From positions 478 through 64,477 of the forward strand of contig CAZYSM010000009.1 in assembly GCA_964649975.1 (NCBI GenBank): a DNA stretch of 64,000 nucleotides. The letters are read 5' to 3'. The first letter of the stretch is position 1. Each line of letters begins with the position of its first letter. Below, piece by piece: positions 18,311-26,990 of the stretch. Both the position numbers and the translations under genes were made by a program. The stretch comes from an uncultured Bacteroidales bacterium. Lineage in GTDB: Bacteria; Bacteroidota; Bacteroidia; Bacteroidales; S143-33. The notes beneath the pieces are model-generated. The model was not told the origin of the DNA and searched no databases. It worked only from the letters and a program-made list of their open reading frames with translations.

Positions 18311-18529
18311 TCAATCAAATAGGGCAATAGCACATAGAATTATATAATCAATAAGAAATATTACGTAAGCAAGTTCGTACAGATTGAATATTATAGGAAT
18401 TATAATTGATAATGGCATAATAATATAAAGTTTCGCCTGTTTTATTTTATCCCAGGCATGAATAATTGGAGCTATTAATAGCCCTAATACGAGAGTAAAT
18501 AAATAGAAAAAGGCAATAAATTCAAGCAT
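18311..18529 (-). CDS. Small hydrophobic membrane protein (72 aa, ~3 TM), paralog of 17370-17597
   Basis: ATG-started ORF, three hydrophobic segments, visible similarity to the 75-aa ORF. Confidence 0.75.
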   Translation of the reverse strand: MLEFIAFFYLFTLVLGLLIAPIIHAWDKIKQAKLYIIMPLSIIIPIIFNLYELAYVIFLIDYIILCAIALFD

Positions 18530-18687
18530 AATGCAGAAAGTTTTGTTTATCCTTCGTATATAAATTTATCTGTTTTGTTGTTAAAACACAATAGTAAAAT
18601 TATGGTCTGGTATGATTAAAGAAAGGAATAAGATTTGTTTGTAAATACCTGAATATCAAGATAATGTAGGGGTGGTTTGTTGTTAAT

Positions 18688-18718
18688 AAAAAACTGGGAC
18701 AGCTTGCTGCCCCAGTTT
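18688..18718 (-). terminator. Terminator of the tRNA-Ser/tRNA-Pro transcript
   Basis: AAACTGGG.CAGC/GCTG.CCCAGTTT stem with an A-run on + (U-tract on -). Confidence 0.7.
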
Positions 18719-18721
18719 AGT

Positions 18722-18799
18722 TGGTCGGGGTGCCGAGATTCGAACTCGGGACCTCCTGCTCCCAAAGCAGGCGCGCTAACCGGACTGCGCTACACCCCG
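18722..18799 (-). tRNA. tRNA-Pro(TGG)
   Basis: CGGGGTGTAGCGCAG..., anticodon arm CCTGC-TTTGGGA-GCAGG, GTTCGAATC T-loop, encoded CCA. Confidence 0.97.
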
Positions 18800-18850
18800 T
18801 AGAAAGCACTGGCAAAGATAGTGCTTTTTTGTAAAAAACAAAAAAATCTG

Positions 18851-18937
18851 CGGAGAGGGAGGGATTCGAACCCCCGGTGGGCTTCCGCCCACAGCGGTTT
18901 TCAAGACCGCCGCCTTCGTCCACTCGGCCACCTCTCC
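18851..18937 (-). tRNA. tRNA-Ser(TGA)
   Basis: GGAGAGG acceptor stem, GCGGT-CTTGAAA-ACCGC anticodon arm, long variable arm, GGTTCGAATCC. Confidence 0.96.
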
Positions 18938-19080
18938 TTTGTTCAGAACCTTTTTTGCGAGTGCAAAGCTAAAATTTTAATTCTAAATTTACAAAAAAAA
19001 ATATCGGATTTTTCTTTTATCGCTTTTCTAAAATCTTTTTTTATTTTTATGCTTTGAAACCGATAAGCTTGTTTTAATAC

Positions 19081-20058
19081 ATGGATAATGACAGCATTAA
19101 AGCTATAGACCAGTTAGGAGAAAAATTTGAAGCGTTCAAAACACAGATACATAAGGTTATAATAGGCCAGGACGAGGTTATTGACAGTGTCATAACTGCT
19201 ATTTTCAGCGGAGGACATGTATTACTCCTTGGAGTGCCAGGTCTGGCTAAAACATTATTGGTAAACACCATTGCCAGATCTTTGGGACTTAAATATAAGA
19301 GGATACAATTTACACCGGATTTGATGCCTTCGGATATTATAGGGTCTGAGATATTGGACGAGAATCGTAGATTTAAGTTTATTCAGGGTCCTATTTTTGC
19401 TAATATTATACTGGCCGACGAGATTAACCGCACACCCCCGAAAACACAGGCAGCCTTGTTGGAGGCTATGCAGGAGAAAGCTGTGACAGTCTCAGGTGTG
19501 CGATATGCACTGGAACGTCCTTTTTTCGTATTAGCCACGCAAAATCCCATTGAGCAGGAAGGTACTTATCCTTTACCCGAGGCGCAGTTAGACCGTTTTA
19601 TGTTTAACATTGTGCTGGATTATCCATCTTTTGAAGAAGAGTTGAAAATTGCTGCGACAACCGAACACGAAGCGGCAGACCTGCAGGAGGTTTTATCCGG
19701 CAAGGAGATTTTATTTTATCAAAGTCTTATCCGTAAACAAATACCAGTCAGTGATACCGTTTTGGATTTTGCTGTGAAAATAGTTACTCGTACACGTCCG
19801 GGGACTGATATGGCGCATCCATGGGCGGATAAGTATCTCAATTGGGGGGCTGGTCCCAGAGCTTCACAGTATCTTGTGCTTGCAGCTAAAGCTCATGCAG
19901 TACTCCACGGAAAATATTCACCGGATATTGAGGATGTCAAGGCCGTGGCTTATCCTATTTTACGTCATAGGATTATTCCTAATTATCGCGCCGAGGCTGA
20001 AGGCATTACGTTGGAAAAAATAATTGAAGAAATTATTAAAAATGAAACGATATATTAA
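19081..20058 (+). CDS. moxR: MoxR family AAA+ ATPase
   Basis: GVPGLAKT, RIQFTPDLMPSD, ADEINRTPPKTQAALLEAMQE, ATQNPIEQEGTYPLPEAQLDRF. Confidence 0.95.
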   Translation: MDNDSIKAIDQLGEKFEAFKTQIHKVIIGQDEVIDSVITAIFSGGHVLLLGVPGLAKTLLVNTIARSLGLKYKRIQFTPDLMPSDIIGSEILDENRRFKFIQGPIFANIILADEINRTPPKTQAALLEAMQEKAVTVSGVRYALERPFFVLATQNPIEQEGTYPLPEAQLDRFMFNIVLDYPSFEEELKIAATTEHEAADLQEVLSGKEILFYQSLIRKQIPVSDTVLDFAVKIVTRTRPGTDMAHPWADKYLNWGAGPRASQYLVLAAKAHAVLHGKYSPDIEDVKAVAYPILRHRIIPNYRAEAEGITLEKIIEEIIKNETIY

Positions 20059-20116
20059 AAATTGAAATTCTTTTTTCTACATTTGTGGTATCAATAAAAC
20101 ACTAAATAAATTTACG

Positions 20117-20770
20117 ATGAAAAAAGGTGTAAAAATAGTTATTCAGTTAGCGCTTTTTATTATTGCCCTGGTTCTGGCTTATATGATTTATGAGACGATT
20201 ATGGTACCTATCCGTTTCCAGAAAGCTTATAATTATAGGGCTAATATTGTTAAACAAAAGCTGGAAAAAATCAGGGATGTTGAGGTGGCTTTCCTGTCCA
20301 AATATGGACATTATACAGCCGATTGGGATTCTCTGATTAATTTTGCCAAGAATGATTCCATTGAGGTGATTAAAGCTTTTGGTACAGTGCCTGACAGTAT
20401 TTATTATATGTCTAAAACACCTAAAGAAGCAGAGCTAAAGGCTCTAAAGCTTGGTTTTATACGTCGTGATACTGTTAAGATAGCCGTTAGAGATACTTTG
20501 TTCAAGGAACCTTATGATATTGATACTTTGAAATATGTTCCATTTACTAATCTGAAAGAAGTATTTGAGATTAATGCTGGTTTTATTACCACCCAGGCAA
20601 AAGTTAAGATGCCTGTTTTTGAGGTGAAAGTCCATAATAATACTTTCTTGCAGGGTCTGGATAGACAGCAAGTTATTAATATGAATGATGAGGCAAGGGA
20701 GAATGGAGAATTCCCGGGCTTGATTATAGGATCTATGACCGAAGTTAAAACTACGGGTAATTGGGATTAA
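20117..20770 (+). CDS. Conserved Bacteroidota hypothetical protein, N-terminal membrane anchor
   Basis: N-terminal TM, PIRF, L..IRD.E, LKYVPF, C-terminal GSMTEV.TTGNW. Confidence 0.8.
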   Translation: MKKGVKIVIQLALFIIALVLAYMIYETIMVPIRFQKAYNYRANIVKQKLEKIRDVEVAFLSKYGHYTADWDSLINFAKNDSIEVIKAFGTVPDSIYYMSKTPKEAELKALKLGFIRRDTVKIAVRDTLFKEPYDIDTLKYVPFTNLKEVFEINAGFITTQAKVKMPVFEVKVHNNTFLQGLDRQQVINMNDEARENGEFPGLIIGSMTEVKTTGNWD

Positions 20771-20790
20771 CAGTTTTGTCTGTATTTTGG

Positions 20791-20830
20791 AAAACGGGGC
20801 TGTCCGTGCGGACAGCCCCGTTTTGTTTTT
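20791..20830 (+). terminator. Intrinsic terminator
   Basis: AAAACGGGGCTGTCC/GGACAGCCCCGTTTT perfect stem plus T-rich tail. Confidence 0.9.
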
Positions 20831-20890
20831 ACAATTTTGTTTATTAAGTATAAATAATTTAACTTTACGTAAAAATTAATTTCCCGGGAT

Positions 20891-21727
20891 ATGGATAACT
20901 TAAGTCTTTTTGATAAAACTTTTTCATTGTCAAAGATTACTGCTTACAGTCTGGCAATGGAAATTGATTATAAACATCTGGCTTACACCATTATAGATAA
21001 TATACGGCGGCGTTTTGTAGCACTGGTTAGCCATAGCTTTGATACCCCTGCCACAGATGAAACTTTTTTGGAAGTGGTTGGAGAGACAATAAAAAAAGAT
21101 CCTTATCTTCAGAAACAATACAAGGAAGTTAATTTTATTTATCCTTCGGATAAGTTTATGCTTATGCCTGAAAAATATTTTGAAAGAAAAAAATTGAAAT
21201 TTTATTTTGAAATTGATAATGAGTTGAAGGACGGTGAGGAAATTCAGTTTAACTATATACCTGATATTAAGTCTTATTTGCTTTTTGGTATATCTTCGGA
21301 TATTACGAATTATTTTGTTAATACTTTTCCTATTATAAATTTTTATCATCAAGGTATTCCTCTGCTAAATCATTATTTAAAACTTTCCTCTGCAGCTTCC
21401 AAACCCGTTATTGTCATTCGTATCCTCAGGCAGTTTTTGATGGATATCTTGGCTGTGAATGAAGGTAAGGTGTTGTTTTATAATATCTTCAGGTGTCAGG
21501 GACAGGAGCAAGCTTTGTATGACATTTTTAAGGTGATAAATGATTTTGGTCTGGATAGTAATATTGAGTTTATAGGTGAGATTGATGAGAATGATGATAT
21601 ATTTAAAGAATTATCATTAAGAGAAGTGAATGTTAGATTTGCAGGTGTGCCCAAAGGTTTTTCTTTTGAATTTGAAAACAAAGTGCCTGTTCATAAATTT
21701 GCTTCTTTGTTTTACTTGTTCAGTTGA
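20891..21727 (+). CDS. DUF3822 family protein
   Basis: DKTF....T.AYSL, F.L.PEKYF, FYH...PLL, FYN.F pattern typical of DUF3822. Confidence 0.75.
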   Translation: MDNLSLFDKTFSLSKITAYSLAMEIDYKHLAYTIIDNIRRRFVALVSHSFDTPATDETFLEVVGETIKKDPYLQKQYKEVNFIYPSDKFMLMPEKYFERKKLKFYFEIDNELKDGEEIQFNYIPDIKSYLLFGISSDITNYFVNTFPIINFYHQGIPLLNHYLKLSSAASKPVIVIRILRQFLMDILAVNEGKVLFYNIFRCQGQEQALYDIFKVINDFGLDSNIEFIGEIDENDDIFKELSLREVNVRFAGVPKGFSFEFENKVPVHKFASLFYLFS

Positions 21728-21729
21728 TT

Positions 21730-22326
21730 ATGCCTGCTGCAAAAATCATTATATATAGTAATCGTGCCATTGTCCAGAAAGGATTTGAATGTCTTTTCAG
21801 GGAAGCTTTTGATTTTCCCGTGCTTACCTGTCATACACCAGGGGATCTGAGGAAAGTTAATGACGAAAATCTACTTTTGATAATTATTTGGGATAAAGAT
21901 TTGTTAGACAGGGATTTGTTGAAGGAAATTCGTGCCAGGGAAAAGGTGGTGATTATTTCTGTAGGACGTCCAAAGAGCCAATTCCTCAAAGTAATTGACG
22001 ATTTTTTCCCTCTCAAAGCTGAGCTATCTTATTTTGTTGATAGAATCAAGTATTATGTTGACAGGTATAAAACAGCGGAAGATCAACAGGATAAAAATGC
22101 AGAAAACAAACTGACGGAAAGGGAGGAGGAAATTGTCAAACTGATAGCTCTGGGATATACAAGCCAGCAGATAGCAGATATTTTGTCAATTAGTCCTAAT
22201 ACCGTGGTTACTCACCGGAAAAATATTGCTTCCAAGCTGGGAATAAAAACAATTTCTGGTATTACCATTTATGCTATCCTTAATGGTTTGGTCAGCATAG
22301 ATGAGGTTAAGAATGTCCTGAAATGA
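21730..22326 (+). CDS. LuxR-family HTH regulator with degenerate receiver-like N-terminus
   Basis: LTEREEEIVKLIALGYTSQQIADILSISPNTVVTHRKNI...LGIKTISGITIYAILNG. Confidence 0.92.
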   Translation: MPAAKIIIYSNRAIVQKGFECLFREAFDFPVLTCHTPGDLRKVNDENLLLIIIWDKDLLDRDLLKEIRAREKVVIISVGRPKSQFLKVIDDFFPLKAELSYFVDRIKYYVDRYKTAEDQQDKNAENKLTEREEEIVKLIALGYTSQQIADILSISPNTVVTHRKNIASKLGIKTISGITIYAILNGLVSIDEVKNVLK

Positions 22327-22409
22327 AACAGACTGTCTGATTTAAGGCTAGAACATTTTGGAGTAAATAAAAAACGGAGCGCCTTTTTCGGACGCTCCAT
22401 CCAGTGCAG

Positions 22410-22499
22410 CGGTGAGGGCGGGATTCGAACCCGCGGAGCCGCTAATCGCGACTCACCGGATTAGCAATCCGGCGCCTTCAGCCACTCGGCCACCTCACC
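22410..22499 (-). tRNA. tRNA-Ser(GCT)
   Basis: GGTGAGG acceptor stem, CCGGA-TTGCTAA-TCCGG anticodon arm, long variable arm, GGTTCGAATCC. Confidence 0.96.
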
Positions 22500-22794
22500 A
22501 ACAAGCATTGCAAAATTAGAAAAAATACTTTTTCCTTCCAAATATACTCACTTTTTTTTCATCTTATCTATTTAGGTTTTTCAAAATCAATAATTTTTTA
22601 ATCAGAACATATTTTGATAGACCAAATTCTTATAATTGTTTTATTTTGATAAACAATTATTGTAAATTTGTAATTAATAAAGTTATTTTGTAATTCTTTG
22701 ATTTTTAGGATATTGTCTTGATTGCCCTTTGGCTTACTCTAAAAAATCAAATGTGGAACGTGGTTTGTAATAATTATTTAAAAGAGATATATCT

Positions 22795-23259
22795 ATGGAG
22801 ATACGGTTGATTGTAATAGGCAAAACATTTCAGGATTTTGTGAAATCTGGGATAGAAGAATATTCAAGGCGAATTAATAAATTTGTAAAATTTAAATTGG
22901 TGGAATTGCCAGATATAAAAAATAGTAAATCACTTCCTCAAGATGTTTTGAAGGAGAAGGAAGCCATTTTGTTAAAGAAATATCTTGATGACGGGTATAA
23001 TATTTTATTGGATGAGAACGGCAAGCAATTTTCTTCTGTAGAATTTGCCCATTGGTTAGAAGGTTTAATGAATAGAGGAGTGAGAAGATTAAACTTCTGT
23101 GTGGGTGGATCTTTTGGTTTTAGCCAAGAATTATTAAAAAAATATGATAGTTTGTCTTTATCTAAGATGACTTTCTCGCATCAGCTGGTACGATTAATAT
23201 TTGTAGAACAGTTATACAGAGCTTTTACCATCATTAAATCTTTGCCCTATCATCATTAA
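22795..23259 (+). CDS. rlmH: 23S rRNA (pseudouridine1915-N3)-methyltransferase
   Basis: LLDENGKQFSS, F.VGGSFGF, LSLSKMTFSHQLVRLIFVEQLYRAFTI...PYHH. Confidence 0.97.
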   Translation: MEIRLIVIGKTFQDFVKSGIEEYSRRINKFVKFKLVELPDIKNSKSLPQDVLKEKEAILLKKYLDDGYNILLDENGKQFSSVEFAHWLEGLMNRGVRRLNFCVGGSFGFSQELLKKYDSLSLSKMTFSHQLVRLIFVEQLYRAFTIIKSLPYHH

Positions 23260-23270
23260 ATTTTATTGCA

Positions 23271-26200
23271 GTGAAAAAATTATTGATTTCTAAAATAATT
23301 TTATTTCTGACATTATTGCTTTTGGGATTTGCTTTTCTGCTCTCTGGAAAATATAAGTTACTTAAACATAGAGATATTAATGTAAAGCAATTTGAGAAAA
23401 TTTTATACAGAAAAGAATACTTAACTGATAACGCATTAAAGCAGCTTTTGCAGAAGCTTAATATTCATTCATATCATCAGGAGAACGGTATATTTTTCTT
23501 TAAGGATTTTGATTATAATAAATACTCTGGCGAAGATATTTATTTCCTTATTTATCAGTATGATACTTTGAAGTATTGGACTGATAATCATCTGGTTGTC
23601 CCGGATGTCATTGATGGACGTTTTGATTTGAATATCAATAAAATAGGTAGTTCCTGGTACAAAATACAGCGTATTAGGTCAGGTTCTTATGATATTATCG
23701 GACTAATAAAAATAAAGGATGAATTTCCTTATACCAATAAATATTTGAAAGATAGATTTGCCAGAGGCTTTGCTTTTATACCAGGCCAAGTGAGAATTTC
23801 ACTTATTCCTGTATCCTATGGTTTTGATGTTAAAGATCGCTCGGGGGACTATCTGTTTTCACTTGTACCTGTCATACATAATACTCCGACTGGTACCCAG
23901 GGCGGTTGGCCAATAGCTTTGTTTATTATGGCCGTATGGTTGCTTGTTATATATTTAGGACTAAGATTAAAGGATTGGAAATTTTCCTCTGTCGTATTTT
24001 TTACTGTTGGTATAGTGATCTTACGTATATTAATGTTGATTTTCCATTATCCTGCATTCTTATATACTTCCGATTTGTTTAAACCTATTTTAGGCTTTTA
24101 TAGTCTGGGTGACCTGTTTGTGGATATTCCTTTGTTTATTTTCATAATTTATGCCTTTTATAAAAAAGTTGATTATTATTCTATCAGGCCGGAAAAGAAC
24201 TATTTTACTTTTGATTTAATTGTCCTGTTTTTGTTTAATATTTTTGTTATCAGTTTGTTATACCTGTTTTATGATTTGCTTTACAACCTTGTTTTACAAA
24301 AGGGCTTTAATTTTGAGTTATATAAAATTTCGTATTTCCCGCTCAAAAGTATAGCTGTTTTGTTTTACCTGGGTATTACGATTATTGTCCTTTTTCTCTT
24401 CTATTATAGAGGCTTACGCGTGTTGTCAAAATATTTGAATTTATGGATTTCCCTGGCAGCTGTTGTGATTTCTGGCCTTGTCGTTTATGCTATTAGCTTT
24501 ATTTTTAATCATTATTACGGAGATATTTATAAGCTGTTGTATCCTGGCTTGCTACTTATAATTGCTGTTCTTGCTTATCGGAGTAATGAAAATTTGAGGC
24601 TGTTGATCTTAGTAGATGCATTTGTGGCTTTTATGACCGTTATTATAATTTTGTCCGGGCTTAATACCAGTGTTCGTAAGAAGCTGGAATATCAGGCAAG
24701 TCATCTGGAATATTTTAGGGATAATGTTGCCGAGCAGTTGCTAACACATTTAACCGGAAAGTTTGACAAAGACGATATATTGCAGGCTTACCTGGACCAT
24801 AAGTGGAATACTAATCTCAAAGAAAAAATATTGGATTATCTATATTTGGAATATCTTGGCGGATATCTGAAAAAATATGCTATTTCTTTGACTATTTGTG
24901 GATCTGATACTGGCTTTGAAGGAGAAAATCAATATCAAGTTTGCGCAGATAGATATAAAACACTTATGGAAAGGGAGGGGGTAAGGATTTCATCATACGT
25001 CTATTTTATTAATAGAATGGGCGAATTACCTGGATATATCGTCTATTATCCCCATAACGATAAGATTTTAATACTGGAATTGCATCCTTCGGTTACTGCT
25101 AATAGGATAGGCTATCCGGATTTATTATTGAAGGAAAATACTGCTGGTAAGGCGGATTTTGAGTATGCAGTCTACAAAAATGGTCAATTAGTATATAAAA
25201 CCGGCGATTTTATATATCCCAGGACTTCAGATTTCTGGAAACAAATATATAAAAACGGTAAATTTGTAAAGTGGCATAGATATAATCATTTTGTTAATTT
25301 TGACCGGGAAAAGGATTATCTGATAGTTACCAGCCATAAGGCTATTACTTTCTGGAATGCACTTATTTCTTTTGCCTACTTGTTTGTATTTTTTGTGATT
25401 ATCACTACCCTGATTTTCTCTTTGTGTAGCCTGTGCTCGGGTAAACGGGCTTTTTCCTTCCGCACCAGGATTTTGTTATTTATGATTGGTGTATTAACGC
25501 TTTCCTTTTTGATTTTTGGTGCTACTGCGGCTTTTATTAGTGTTCAGAATTATAAAAAGAAATTTTATCAGCAAATAAAGCAGACGCTCTCGCGTACCAG
25601 GGGAGCCGTAGAGCAGTTGCAGTCGGTAAGCTTATCCACGGATGATAATTATAAATTGAAGTATATTGTTAAAAATTTAGCTTCTGTCCTGGACATTGAT
25701 ATAAATCTGTATGATAAAAGTGGACGTTTACTGGCTACTTCGCGCCAGGCTGTTTTTGAAAATAAATTACTCGGGAAAAGGATGAGTTATAGAGCTCTGG
25801 AAAAATTATTGAATGATAAATATCTTGAGTTTCTGGATAAGGAAGCTATTGGCTCGCTTTCATATAATTCTGCTTACACTGTTATTACTGATATTGACAA
25901 AAATGTTTCCGGATTTATTAATATTCCTTATTTTGCTAACCCACAGGAATTGAGGAAAGAAATTGTAGATCTGCTTGTTACCCTGGCTAATTTGTATATC
26001 ATAATGTTCCTTATCACTGTGATTATTGCTTATGTTTTATCCGAGCAGATTATTGCACCATTGAGGGAATTACAGGAAAAAATCAAACGCCTTAAAGTAG
26101 GACATAAGTATGAAAAAATTGATTATAATGGTAAGGATGAAATAGGTCAGCTGGTAGAAGAATATAATAATATGGTGGATAAACTGGAGGAAAGTGTCCA

Positions 26201-26900
26201 GCTGTTGGCTAAATCTGAGCGTGAAAGTGCCTGGAGGGATATGGCAAAACAAGTGGCCCATGAGATTAAGAATCCTCTTACTCCGATGAAATTGAGTATT
26301 CAGCTTTTGCAAAAAGCCTGGGAAAATAATGACGAGGATTTTGGGGAGAGACTTAATGAAGTTACGCGTACCCTTATTGAGCAGATTGAGAACCTGAGAA
26401 ACATAGCAGAAGAGTTTTCCAACTTTGCTAAAATGCCTAAATCGGAAAACGAAAAAATTGATTTGGCTCAAAAAATTGAGAACCTGGTAAAATTGTATGA
26501 AAATATAAATAATGTTGAGGTAAAGGCTGTTATAAAGGATAGACCTGTATATATCTGGGCGGATAATAAACAAATATCTCGTGCTCTTATCAATTTGATT
26601 AAGAATGCTATACAGGCTATCCCCGAAGGAGTAAAGGGTAAAGTGGTAATAGAACTGGAGCGTAAGGATGATAAGGCTTTGGTAAAGGTCATTGATAACG
26701 GTACAGGTATTCCCGAAGAGGTACGCGGAAAATTATTTACTCCAAGTTTTACCACCAAATCTAGTGGTATGGGGCTGGGCCTGTCTATGGTTAAAAATAT
26801 TGTACAGAATGCTCGTGGAAAAATTTGGTTTGATACTCAAATAGGAAAAGGTACTGTTTTTTATATTGAATTTCCTTTGTTTCAGGCAAATAATGCTTGA
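23271..26900 (+). CDS. Large multi-TM sensor histidine kinase (HAMP-HisKA-HATPase)
   Basis: DEIGQLVEEYNNM (HAMP), AKQVAHEIKNPLTP (H-box), NLIKNAIQA, DNGTGI, GMGLGL. Confidence 0.95.
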   Translation: MKKLLISKIILFLTLLLLGFAFLLSGKYKLLKHRDINVKQFEKILYRKEYLTDNALKQLLQKLNIHSYHQENGIFFFKDFDYNKYSGEDIYFLIYQYDTLKYWTDNHLVVPDVIDGRFDLNINKIGSSWYKIQRIRSGSYDIIGLIKIKDEFPYTNKYLKDRFARGFAFIPGQVRISLIPVSYGFDVKDRSGDYLFSLVPVIHNTPTGTQGGWPIALFIMAVWLLVIYLGLRLKDWKFSSVVFFTVGIVILRILMLIFHYPAFLYTSDLFKPILGFYSLGDLFVDIPLFIFIIYAFYKKVDYYSIRPEKNYFTFDLIVLFLFNIFVISLLYLFYDLLYNLVLQKGFNFELYKISYFPLKSIAVLFYLGITIIVLFLFYYRGLRVLSKYLNLWISLAAVVISGLVVYAISFIFNHYYGDIYKLLYPGLLLIIAVLAYRSNENLRLLILVDAFVAFMTVIIILSGLNTSVRKKLEYQASHLEYFRDNVAEQLLTHLTGKFDKDDILQAYLDHKWNTNLKEKILDYLYLEYLGGYLKKYAISLTICGSDTGFEGENQYQVCADRYKTLMEREGVRISSYVYFINRMGELPGYIVYYPHNDKILILELHPSVTANRIGYPDLLLKENTAGKADFEYAVYKNGQLVYKTGDFIYPRTSDFWKQIYKNGKFVKWHRYNHFVNFDREKDYLIVTSHKAITFWNALISFAYLFVFFVIITTLIFSLCSLCSGKRAFSFRTRILLFMIGVLTLSFLIFGATAAFISVQNYKKKFYQQIKQTLSRTRGAVEQLQSVSLSTDDNYKLKYIVKNLASVLDIDINLYDKSGRLLATSRQAVFENKLLGKRMSYRALEKLLNDKYLEFLDKEAIGSLSYNSAYTVITDIDKNVSGFINIPYFANPQELRKEIVDLLVTLANLYIIMFLITVIIAYVLSEQIIAPLRELQEKIKRLKVGHKYEKIDYNGKDEIGQLVEEYNNMVDKLEESVQLLAKSERESAWRDMAKQVAHEIKNPLTPMKLSIQLLQKAWENNDEDFGERLNEVTRTLIEQIENLRNIAEEFSNFAKMPKSENEKIDLAQKIENLVKLYENINNVEVKAVIKDRPVYIWADNKQISRALINLIKNAIQAIPEGVKGKVVIELERKDDKALVKVIDNGTGIPEEVRGKLFTPSFTTKSSGMGLGLSMVKNIVQNARGKIWFDTQIGKGTVFYIEFPLFQANNA

Positions 26901-26990
26901 TATTGCTTTGAGTTTTAAATAAATTTTATTTGGTCGTTATAAAAAAAATATTTTAGCTTTGTTTAATAAACCTCAAATTTCTTAAAAAAA

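Noticed and set aside
16214-18722. Intact prophage or integrative element at tRNA-Pro
   Set aside because: No integrase, no phage structural genes, and no duplicated tRNA 3' end (att) is visible at the left boundary; at most a relic.
18851-18937. Possible tRNA-Sec or suppressor tRNA (long variable arm)
   Set aside because: The anticodon is TGA (reads UCA, Ser), with a normal 7-bp acceptor stem; it is not TCA.
18717-19057. ORFs 18717-18923 (-) and 18821-19057 (+)
   Set aside because: They overlap the tRNA-Pro and tRNA-Ser genes and are spurious translations.
22500-22794. AT-rich 300-bp gap next to tRNA-Ser(GCT) as a second islet
   Set aside because: It has no ORFs, repeats or GC-rich structure and is consistent with divergent promoters for the tRNA and rlmH.
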